The notes under the pieces are model-generated. The model did no database searches. It was not told the DNA's origin and saw nothing but the letters and a program-made list of their open reading frames with translations. 64,000 nucleotides of DNA from Amoebidium appalachense (Eukaryota; Protista; Ichthyosporea). A program made the position numbers and the translations under genes. The stretch covers positions 7,233,264 through 7,297,263 of the forward strand of contig CAVNZM010000006.1 of NCBI GenBank assembly GCA_963693365.1, read 5' to 3'. This document shows, piece after piece, positions 21,959-46,760 of this stretch (position 1 is its first letter; every line of letters starts with the position of its first letter).

Positions 21959-23824
21959 ATGCAAGAGCTTGTTCCGGTGTTCAAAGATGCATGTGTAATA
22001 GAAGAGGCTGTAGTTTAGTTTGCAAGGTGGAGTTAGGGAACGATGCAATTGAGTGTGGGATTTCAATGTGCATATTTGAACATAACAAGGGCGCTTGAAC
22101 GTGGCTGTGTGAATCACTTGTGTGTGTGTGTGTGTGTTTCGGTGTTTTTGAAGTCACATTTTTTTTTGAGAGAGGGGCCGGAGGGGGGGGGGGGAATAAT
22201 TGAACATTTTTTATGCAAGCACAGATGTGCGTTATTTATTTTCTCTTTCTTTGCAGTAACTATATTCCTGTTAGTTAGAGTTTGGAGCTGTTGCTCATAA
22301 CCACGGGGTCACGTGCACACACACACACACACACACACATGCCCTCACGCAAATCACATACACCCACTACCCCGCCATGATGCCTAAACATGCAAATGCG
22401 CGCCCAACACATGCACATACACACACACACGTGTACAAACACACACTCAAACACGTACACACACACACACACACACACACACGTGCACAGGTTCCCCTCG
22501 TTCCACGGGCACCACGAGCACAGCACCAGCTGTCAGGTGATGGAAGAGTTGGCCAACGAACCGGGGTTCAAGTACGCCCTAGACCAGTTTGAAATAATCA
22601 AGCAGATTGGTTCGGGTGCGTTTGGCCGCGTTTTGCTCTGCAAGCACACACTCACGGGGCAGAAGGTGGTGTTGAAAGCGATTGAAAAGAAACTCGTTGT
22701 GAGAATGAAACAGCAGCAGCATTTGAGGGAAGAGAGAAACGTTCTGAAGGAACTTTCGGAACACAACTGCCCGTTTGTCGTCAAGACGGTGGGTTGCTTC
22801 CAAGACGCGTCGACGGTCTATTTCGTGATGGAATACGTCCCCGGGGGGGAGCTTTTCGCGCATTTGCAGGCGTCGAACCACCACCACTTTAGCGAGAAAC
22901 GCGCGCGGTTTTACCTTTCGGAGGCGATACTCGCGCTTCAGCACATGCACGAAAAGGAACGCGTCGTTTATCGTGACATTAAGCCGGAAAACATGCTTTT
23001 GGACGAACATGGACACTTGAAGATTGTTGATTTTGGGTTTGCTAAGCATCTTGATGACGAGGAGAGGACGTATACGTTCTGCGGCACACCGGACTATCTT
23101 GCTCCCGAGGTGATCAAGGGCAAGGGGTGCTCGAGAGAGGCCGACTACTGGGCTCTAGGTGGGCATGGTTCTGTGCTTTTATTTTTGATTTATTTTTTAA
23201 TTTATTTTTTTAGGTGAAAGGGGAGGGGGGTTTGATGTGTGTGTGTTTGGGGGGGGGGGGGGGGGGGGGAGGAAATGTGTAATATTTCTTTACTCCTCTC
23301 GGGAACACCCCTGATGATGGGCTCTTTTCAAGTGTCGCCTGCCTGCACTTTTTTTTTTTTTTTTTTTTTTTTTCCGTTGTCTTTTGATGGCTCCACTTCC
23401 ATGATTCCAACGTTTGAATGTATACATCCCCTGCCCTCCCCACTTTCCTCAACAATATAAGAAGAACTTCGGTAATGGACAAACATGCACACGCGCGCGC
23501 GAGCCACACACATACACACACACACACACACACTTACACACACACACAAATACACCCACACGTACACACCACACACACACACACACCCCTACTCTGCAAC
23601 AACGACTGACATATTTCTTTTCCACCCTTCAGGGGTGCTCACCTACGAGCTCCTTGTTGGGCACGCACCATTTGAGACGAGGGAGGCGCACAGCGGCAAG
23701 GTGACGTACAAGCACATATTGGGTGGGAGGGTGCAGTTCCCTAAGTTTGTCTCGAAGGAGGCAAGGGAGTTCATTCAGGCCTTACTGCAGGTGGGTGATG
23801 GTCGATTTTATTGTTTTTTGCAGT

Positions 23825-23863
<39 letters not shown>

Positions 23864-24051
23864 TATTATTCTTATGTTGTTGTTTATGTACGGTTGGTAT
23901 TGTAGGTGTGTGTGTGTGTGTGGTGGTGGGGAGGGGGGGAGACAGGGGAGGGGGGGGGAGGGGGAGGGGGGATACTTGAACCTGCTTGTGTGCGCACGTG
24001 TGTGTGTGTGGTGTGCCCCTTATTTGCCATGCTCTCTCTCTCTCTCTTTCT

Positions 24052-24091
<40 letters not shown>

Positions 24092-24420
24092 ACATCCCCC
24101 TCCACGCTACTTGCAGTTTTTGTAGACTCTGTTTTCTTAGATTGCTGCTCCTTGAACAACCCTGCTCGTCTTTGGCCAAGACGGGTGGACTCGCCTATTG
24201 CTGTTGAAACAAAGTATGGGTTGGGAACCACGCGCGAGAGGTTAAAGAGTCGAAACACATGCTTTTGTGGAGGCATAGGAACCCCCCTGATGATGGGCTC
24301 TGTTCAAGTGTCTTCTGCCTGCATGCTTAATTGTTTGATTTTGGATTTCCCACGTTTGTGACGTTTTGCTGTTGCTCTTTGTTGTCTCCTCCATATTTCC
24401 AACCCTCTAACACATACATC

Positions 24421-24465
<45 letters not shown>

Positions 24466-25089
24466 ACCTCTCCCAACTCTCTTTCTCACATTCGCCCTCC
24501 TGTCCCCGCCTCACTCCCTCTTCCCCCTACCCACCCACACACGCACAAACACAAGTGTGTTCTTTTGAGACTAACCGGCATCAGCAATTACCTAGTCACA
24601 TATTGCACAAACACCTTATATACCCGTATCTGAACAAGTCAAAACTCACTCAAATTTCGCATTTTATGCACGCAGGTGGACCCCACGAAGCGCCTGGGGC
24701 ACACCGGGGGGGTCGAAGCGATCAAACACCACCCATGGTTTACGGCGACCGACTGGGAGGCCATTCTCCGTATGGAGGTGAAGCCCCCCAAACTCCACAA
24801 GTGCAAAAAAGGGACCGTAAATTTGCAAGCGCCCCAAGACCCCCGCCAGGTTAAAGCCGAACCCGTATTGGATGAAGAGACGAAGGCCCTCTTTTCGAGT
24901 TTCGATTTTGTGACCCGACCCGAAAGTCACATGGAGCAGATTCAAGAGGAAGAGCAACCCGGTCCGGCCCAAGCACAGCCCGAACGGCAGGCGCCCGCGG
25001 TGGCGGGTGGAGTGGTTCCTAATGGGATCAGGAATAAGAGGTTCTATATTGCGGGGGAGGAGGGAGAGGAGGAGGAGGATTCAAAGTAG
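21515..25089 (+). CDS. AGC-family Ser/Thr kinase, cAMP-dependent protein kinase catalytic subunit (PKA-C/PRKX)-like
   Basis: Exons 21515-21918, 22491-23158, 23633-23790 and 24676-25089, all phase-consistent. Motifs IGSGAFGRV, VLK, MEYVPGGELF, YRDIKPEN, DFGFAK, RTYTFCGTPDYLAPE, DYWALGVLTYE, DPTKRLG, IKHHPWF..DW. N-terminal MGNSHS fits the myristoylation consensus. Confidence 0.95.
23301..23347 (+). repeat. Intronic repeat family A, short fragment
   Basis: ggaacacccctgatgatgggctcttttcaagtgtcgcctgcctgca matches 24278-24323. Confidence 0.75.
24182..24420 (+). repeat. Interspersed intronic repeat family A, long copy
   Basis: Near-identical to the reverse complement of 5302-5540; followed by poly-C. 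Confidence 0.9.
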
Positions 25090-26185
25090 TGGTGGTGGTG
25101 GATGGGGGAGAAGGGAGGGGGGCGGGGGGGGGGGGGGGGGGGGGGGGGGGGTTGGTGTCAAACATTGGAGAAACGTTCGTTGTCATTTGGTGTCAGCCTT
25201 TTGATATTTACTGGCTTTGTCTGTTCTCTCTCAGACTGTCCTCTCTCTCTCTTGCTCTCTCCTCGAACAGTTAGGCTCCGTCAACTATTACGGATTATGT
25301 AATTCGGAAATTTGGATTTCGATTGTATATGGGGCTGGTGGGTGGTTGGGTTTTGGGAAATTACATCATCAATATACGCATATTTAGTCAAAAAGTGCAG
25401 CCGGGCATGTTAGTTGTGTATAGCCAAGGTGTATTACCAGCATGTATAGAGTTTGAATATTTGATGATTTCGTCTTTTACGGATTAGTAGTGACCCGTAA
25501 CCGAAATTTTCGGTCATATCTCGTGGATATGTCTTCGAGCGATAGTGGCGATTTGCATGCAGTATTTAGAATGAAGATATGCGTACGTTTTTCTGTTCTG
25601 GCTAGGGTGAAGTATTTATGTTGTTGTTGACTGACTTGATGTAGCTCTCCGTCGTCGATTTTGTCTTGACTTTTCTTTTTGCCTCGTTGTTTTCTTGTAT
25701 TCTATTTTTTGTTTTTGTTTTTTCGAATCTAGGGGGTCGTGTCCCTGTGTTGACTGTTGTGATCTCGACCCACGGCGGTGTTTCTAGATGGCCGTGTCTC
25801 GACCCAATCAAAAATGTGCATGGGCAGAGTTGGCCCATAGCCTTGTGTGAGGTCACATGGGTATTACTCGTGCGCACGTGCACAAGCACACGGGCACGCT
25901 TTCATGTTCCCGCGTGTTGATAAATTTCACAAAAGGTCCTTATTTCCATGTCGACATGTTCAATTGCATGTCGTACGCAACATACATGCTTGCGCACAGC
26001 ACACGTGTTCGTGACTGTCAATCTCAAAAGCACGAATATATGCACACGTGTGCACGCGACCTGCATTCCCACATACGTGTGACATTTTATCATAACTAAG
26101 GTTTACAGTCGGACATGTTACCTCGCAAACCTTTTGTGTTTGCAGTGTTTAGGTATGTGGCTCGGTATTTGCCCAATTTGCTGCG

Positions 26186-26232
<47 letters not shown>

Positions 26233-26292
26233 ACCCACACACATACGTGTACACACACACACACACACACACACGTACCCACACACATACGT

Positions 26293-26330
<38 letters not shown>

Positions 26331-26346
26331 ACCCACACACATACGT

Positions 26347-26385
<39 letters not shown>

Positions 26386-26545
26386 TACAGTTGCCGTGAC
26401 ACACACATGTACTAGTACTGCAGCTGCAGCGCACACTTCGGACTGGGTTGTGTAGATCAATCACCAAATAAGGCTGGGCCTGCAATCACACCCCATCATA
26501 CTGGCGCCAAAATGAAACCAATCACATACAATATATGCTACTATG

Positions 26546-26594
<49 letters not shown>

Positions 26595-27269
26595 TGTATA
26601 TAGATTATTGAACCGGAATTCCAGCTGCAACAGCACATTCCCCCAATATATGCGTTCACAGTACATAAAACATGCAACTTGAGAATTCGTGTACCACCGA
26701 TTAATTTTCGGTGTGCCATGAGGTGGACATGTACGGATTCAACGAGACTGCTATCACATACCTCATAGTACAATACAAAAGGATATATCCAATCACACAC
26801 TTACGGCCACACCATTGCTATAATGAACTTTAGAGCGAACTAAAAAGTAGGAATATAGCGTTATTTAACTATGTGGTTATGCAGTTGTGTAATGCAAACA
26901 ACAAAGAACAGTAATCTAGGTCGAGAGACCCAAGTTGAATACAAGGAGATTATTTTATTTGCAATTTGCATCATCTGGTGCTGGTTGTTGAATTTCTCCC
27001 GCAGGACTGCTGACGGCCAGCGCCAATATACCTGCGACAGGTTATAAGCAATGGGATAGCCTAAAAACCTAAAGTCATCTAAATATCCTTGTTATTGTCT
27101 GTGACGGGCACTCCACGTTTGCAAACAACTCGGAACAAATGAATTATCAAGACCGCGGATCGGGGGTGTATCTATGCTCTGTGTGAGTGTGTGAGTGTGT
27201 GTGTTGTGTGTGTGTCTGTGCGTGCGAGCGTGTGTGCGCGCGTGCGCCCGCGCAACCACGTGCGTGTCT

Positions 27270-27320
<51 letters not shown>

Positions 27321-27880
27321 TATGTACAGGTGTGTGTGTGTGCTTGTGAGCTTCATGCTTTCCGTTCACACTACGTCATACAAGTAGGTCCTACATTTAC
27401 ATAATCTATATACTAACCGTTTGACACATACTCTCACCATGAAATAAACAATGTAGAACACCATACATAGTAGTATCCACATGCGCACGTGTGCTTGTAC
27501 AGTCTAATTCATTAGCACACACAATCAATTCATGTGTGCGTACATGCACTTGCGCTCTTGTGGTTTGCATGTATGCCGGTGTGTCACGACACGTGTATAT
27601 ATACCTCGCTTCTAGAGCATCACCGACTCTCTTTCCAAATGCTATTTTCCTAACTTTCAACCCTTATAGAACAACCCAACCTGCTATCGCCTCTTCAACT
27701 AATGACACACACTAATACATTAACACACTAATGTAAATTAGCAGCCCACAACACCAATAACTCATATATCATCATTCACACATCCCTCCCTCCCTCCTCC
27801 CCCCCCCCCCCCCCCCCCCCTCCCCCCCCTCCCCCAACCGTCCACCACCCAAACCATCAATCATGCGCGATTTTGAAATT

Positions 27881-41198
<13,318 letters not shown>

Positions 41199-42444
41199 GT
41201 TTGCGTCTGTGTGGTTGCATAAACTATACCCCAAACCTGCAGACACAAGATGTACACGTTTTTGTTATACTTCTGACCAAAGGAAGGGTAGCCCACGAGC
41301 TAAGCTACCGGTAGACGCCCCGACGTCGTAGCCCCTTCAATCTCTCCCACCTACCCAAAACATCCCCCACAACCCTACGACCCGCCCCCCCCCCCCCCCC
41401 CCCCCCTCCCCCCTCACCACCCCAGCCTTCCCATACTATCCCCCCCCCCCCCCCCTCCAACCCCCCCCACCACCACCCCAGCCTTCCTCCCCCTCCCCCT
41501 CACCTCCTTCCAACCCCCCCTTCACCCCCCAGTCTCTCTCCCCCACCCACCCACGACCTCCCTCCCGCTGTAAGGGTTCGTCATAAAACCGTTGGTTTAG
41601 TGGTGAAATATAGATTGATGCAGACTTTCGGCTTCGTAGGCATAGATCAAACCAACGCATGCACTCCGCCACCCTCAATTTTCCAACCAGCAACCGCTTG
41701 CCGACCTAGTTTTTCACAGGTATGTTTTCAGATCTTAACCCCAGCGAACAAGAACCGAAAGCCCCCACCACGCAACAGTCACCCACAGAGAATTAAAGGG
41801 ATCTATCTAACAAGGAGCTTTCATCCAAGTAGTGGGCCTACCTCAGTTTTGGTCAATATTAATAATCCGCCACACTCAGGTTCAACATCATTATATGCGC
41901 GCCTAGACACCCTCCCTCCTGTGTGTTTGCTCCTAGAAATACAGCCGATCATACAGTACAAGGAACGACAAAGATTGTGGTCCGAAATAGAGGTTGCTAC
42001 TGATGAACAATTATTATAAGCTGTCGTGGGAGAAGGCCCAACTATGACGGTTTTCGAGCTATACTCAAGCCATACACAGGCATATACTTCTAAGGTACTT
42101 TTGTTACAAACTTCGGTGTTTGTATCCAACAACTGGCCAGGAAACAAGAGAGGAAACAAGCAATTGACTGTCTGTAAGCTTGAAAAGCCCACCCCGCACC
42201 TCCGCACTTTGCCGCGATACCATTAAGGGATACGGGATCGCGCGGCTCGAATACTTTCTGGCGCCGCTCAGATCGATATCTATCTGGATTGAGTGGGCTT
42301 GATCTGCCTATTGGGCACCTAAGATCGTGTGGCCGAGCTATACCATGTACACACGGCATGCCACACACGTGTCCGGACAAAACTGCGCTGCACATTTTTC
42401 ATGAAGGCGGGTTGTTTTCTAACTATATATGTTAGGCACTCACA

Positions 42445-44360
42445 ATGCCAACTTGCGCGGCTAACTACTGCAAAAATGACGAAGAAACAGTCTCTCCCAA
42501 AGATCCTACCAGGAAGATAAAGCTTTTTACTGTTCCATATGGATACAAACCAAATGTATTGGCTAGGAGGCATGCTTGGTTAAATGCTATAGGCAGGCAG
42601 GAGCAAACAAAGTATGAGCGGAAACAAATAGCAGAACACACAAAGCAAGCACCCCCCGACCCAGACACACACACAGACACAAGGCCAAAGGCCTCGGATG
42701 GGACAGACGTAAATACAGACACAACCACTACTGAGACACACACAGCTGACACACAATCCGAAAATGCCAATGACTCGGCTGTGCCAGCTGAGCAGTCGGC
42801 ACAAGAACCACAACCAAAGAGGAAACGGGGGCAACCGAAGGTGGAAGTCCCCTGGCCACTGGCTATCCTTAAGCAACTGGTTGTATGCGAGGCACATTTC
42901 ACCGATGATGATATTACTGCTAAGAATGGAAAACTGAAATTAACAAAGGATGCATGTCCCATCCGAATGGAACTAGACCCGATGTACAGAGAGAAGGTAC
43001 AGCTATTGAGGGAGGAAAGGGCCAATAGTCATATGCAAGCTGTAGGAATGGATGCCTCAGATATTGAGCAAACACGGAAACGAGCGAGGGAGCGGGGGGA
43101 GACGAGCAGTGAAGAAGCAGAGGACAGTGAACGAGCGAAAAGAAGGAGGGAACATGTGCGTGAAAGGACATTTGACTATCTAGAGTCGAAGGCAGGTGAG
43201 GAAGGGATGGATGTAGAGGATTATGTGAATGTCCTGGAACGTTCAAGAGCTTTCTATAAGGAGCAGGCGGAGAAAATGCAAATCGAACTTGAGATAGCTA
43301 CGAAGCAATTGGAGGAAAATGAGAAGAAACAAAGATTGGAGAAGAAGGAGCTCGAACAAGCGCTTGATCAAGCGAGGGAGGAATTACTACAAAACCAGAA
43401 AAGAATATGCATGGAGGACATAGTGGCGGAAGAGGAAGGGAAGGCTAGAGATGATGTGGTGAAAACATACACGGGGTTGGATAGTTTTGATGCTCTCATG
43501 GGAGTGCTGGGGATTGTTGCTTTTATTGGCCAATCAACTATAAACATGAATGATTTTAAAACCAAAACAGGAAGGAAATAATATGGCATGATGGATGTCT
43601 TTTTACACTTTTTCGCCTCCGCCACGGCACATCCTTCCAACTATTGAGTCGGCTGGTGGATGTGTCAGAACCGAATCTTTCGCGTATATTCCGCCATTTT
43701 CTTGGTGCCCTGGCGTTAGCACAGGTTTTTCTATACGAAAAAGCCCCCACCAGAGAGCAACTTTCGAAGTTTAAAGCCGGTTGCTACACTGGGCAATGGG
43801 ACGATGTACGGATGATCATTGATTGCACCGAGGTGTTTGTACAGGTGCCGACAAACCTCCTTCTGAAACGATGTTTCTACTCAGAGTACAAAAGCAATTA
43901 TACTCTCAAGTACTTCGGGGGCATCACAACGGATATGAAACTCAGACCGGTGTCCGATGCACATGTGGGGGGGTTCAAAGACCCGGATCTCACAGGTGTA
44001 TGCAAGCGTGAATTTGTAGATCAGATAGAAGAGGGGGATGAAATAGCAGCTGATAAAGGGTTTAGAGTGCACGGGCTAATCATGGAGAAGGGTGCTTCCT
44101 TGCTATTACCGTCGTTTGTTGAGCATGGGCAGCTAAACGCTGAAGACACCATATATAGCCAAAGACTGTCTAGTGTGCGCGTGCATGTGGAGAGGGCTTT
44201 TGGGCGCATGAAAAATTATCGGCTGTTTAGCAATCAGGTGCAGATGTCGATGGTAGGCACCCATTGGATGGTAGCTAAGGCTGTGGCTTTCTTGTGTAAC
44301 ATGCAAGAGCCACTATATAAGGATATGGTGGGGCCCGGGCACACCAAAAGCATGGTGTAG
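42445..44360 (+). CDS. THAP + coiled-coil + HTH + DDE_Tnp_4 transposase, split by a 1-nt frameshift near 43575
   Basis: THAP C2CH (CAANYC..LFTVP..RHAWLNAIGR..VCEAHF..DACP), YTGL motif, HTH (FTLFRLRHG..LSRLVDVSEPNLSRIF), catalytic IIDCTE, YSEYK..TLK, ADKGF, RVHVERAFGRMK. ORF 42445-43581 overlaps the -1 frame, which is open from 43560 to 44360. Confidence 0.92.
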
Positions 44361-44435
44361 AATTTTCGTTTTCGATTGCCAGTGCCTCTCCCTAAAGCCC
44401 CCTTCTCTGCTTTTTTTTTTTTTTTTTTTGTCTTT

Positions 44436-44487
<52 letters not shown>

Positions 44488-44614
44488 AAAATATGAATGA
44501 ATGCTTGCATGTATGTATTCGGCCAGTAGGGCTCCACTTTTCCTGTATAGGAAAATAATAATAATAATTGAAATTATTATGTATTTGTGTGCCAAGTACA
44601 ACCTTGAGTCGTTC

Positions 44615-44649
<35 letters not shown>

Positions 44650-44789
44650 TTCACAAACACACACAACCACGCACACACGGAAGCACGCACGCACGCACGC
44701 ACGCACCCACGCACCCACGCACCCACGCATGCACGTGCACACACGCACGCATGCACGCCCCCCCCCCCCCCCACACACACACACACACA

Positions 44790-44830
<41 letters not shown>

Positions 44831-44972
44831 AGGTAGGCACGTATGCAAACACCAAGGGGGGAGGAGGGACCGGGGGGAGGGGGGGGGGGGGGGGGGGGGG
44901 GTAGGAAACATATGCAGGCACCAGGGTCTGGTACATTGCTCTCAGATTTGACACACGGTCTTCATTCATTCA

Positions 44973-45006
44973 TTATAGGTTCACTAGATCGGTCAGAAGA
45001 TTACTG

Positions 45007-45064
<58 letters not shown>

Positions 45065-45773
45065 ACATTATGTTGTACTTTGTGCTTCTGGTAAAAACAT
45101 CGGCGGGGGTTACAATCACTCCGTACAGTTTGGGAATGCGCACCGCATTAGCGGTCCCAGGGATGACCGCCGCATCCGCAATGCGCAGTTTGTATACAAC
45201 CCGCGGGATGTTATACAGAAGAAGGTCGGCATCCTCAGTGACAACAGTGTGTGCCAAACCGGTACGTGCCATATAGGCAAGCTGGGGGTCTGCTTCGTAT
45301 GGAGCTACTGTGTAATCGACATTCTCATCTTTCAGTCTAAGGATGATTGCATGTAAAACTCTGTTATCTAACTCTGCAGCGCTTCTCCATTTGTTTTTAG
45401 TTACCTCCTCCTGTTTCTCTCTTTTTGTGGCTATTTCTTGGCGGGCTTTGACCACCTTTTCTGCACGGTCGTTATCAACTAGTTTTCCCTCTTTCAATCT
45501 GCGCCCATCAAACACATAGTGTGGCTGGACCCCTGCTAGCCTATACGTATTAACTTTGGACATAAAGTGATTTGCAATAGCTGCATATGTGTCGTCTGTG
45601 ACTTTTTTGTCATCTATTTGCTGTTTGGCTACTGTGTCAGCGAAAACTGAAAAGGACTTGTGGACCTGCACCATCCCGTCAAAAGCAACTACCCCACGTT
45701 GCAACTCTGCAGTAACATCTGTGGCTTTTTCGGCACTAATGCCGAGTGCTGGGAGCAAGCCCTGCACACCCAT
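44973..45773 (-). CDS. EXO1-like XPG/Rad2 (FEN1 superfamily) 5'-3' nuclease, N and I domains; H3TH region not seen
   Basis: MGVQGLLPAL, VAFDG, HYVFDG..K..R, VAPYEADPQLAYM, VVTEDADLLLY. Inside the transposon TIRs; the 3' end runs into (TG)n/poly-G. Confidence 0.88.
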
Positions 45774-46669
45774 GGTAAAAGTGCATGTATTCAAAGTAGT
45801 TTCTTTACATGAAAAAAATTATTTCGGGTTGTGCGCCCTCTGCGTTAACGTGCGAACACAAAACTCGTTGTACGGCGTGGGTGCGTAGCAACGCGTTACG
45901 TAATCAGGGGAAAAAAAGGCGGCGCCAGAAAGAAATCGGGGACCACTCAAAATCGCCGATCCCGTATCCCTTAATCCTAAACGATACGACACGTTCGAAA
46001 CTATCTACTTTCGATTTTGCGCAAGCAGCATCAATGAGGACCTGCTACTTCATTTCTGTAGAATCCGCGTTGTTGTCTTTGCCTCATCTCGAACATTATC
46101 GAGGTGGCGCGCACAAGTCGATCAATCAACTGTAAACAGCAGCCTAACCCAATTAGATTACAGATCTGCCAAATCGTGGCTGTAGATCCATCAATCAGCA
46201 ACGACCACGAAACGAACAGGTGCATCCACCCACGCAAGCCGCAGTGATTTTGATTTCTGAGAAGATGTTAAGACCCTCAAAGAGTGCTTTTTCTGTTGTT
46301 ATAATTACACTAGCGGAAATCTCCTGATTTTCAATACACATTCTATATAAAAAATATATTCCTGCAGGCATCTCCGCAGCCTTTGCTGACTGTCAAAATT
46401 GACACAGGCAAGGTAATAACACTAACCTTTTATGGTTAGCTACCTGCCAAACAGAGCGAGAAAAATCGGCTAATTTTGATTGAAAATATCTACCATCAGA
46501 TCTAAGGCCAGTGGTCTGCGAAATTTGTCGACTGATCAGGTACGTACATGCATAATCATGTGTGTTTGTTTGCGTGCTTGTGTGGCCTGTGTGTGTATGT
46601 GTGCGCGCGTGTGTGTGTGTGCGCGCGTGTGTGTGTGTGTGCGTGTGTGCGTGTGTGCGTGTGTGTGCA

Positions 46670-46760
<91 letters not shown>

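Larger units (their letters stand above)
42227..45970 (+). mobile_element. ISL2EU/Harbinger-type (PHIS) DNA transposon, 3,744 bp, with two convergent genes (THAP-DDE transposase and EXO1-like nuclease)
   Basis: Perfect 14-bp TIRs GGGATACGGGATCG (42227-42240 / 45957-45970), each flanked by TTAA (42223-42226, 45971-45974). Second perfect inverted 14-mer CTTTCTGGCGCCGC (42254-42267 / 45919-45932). Confidence 0.92.

Noticed and set aside
24245-24302. Hammerhead ribozyme (GAAA..CTGATGA) in repeat family A
   Set aside because: No NUH cleavage triplet closing stem III, and stem II is offset by 2 nt.
42227-45970. Classification as Kolobok, piggyBac or Academ
   Set aside because: Catalytic motifs IDCTE / ADKGF / RVHVER are DDE_Tnp_4 (PHIS) type despite the TTAA flanks and the XPG-family gene.
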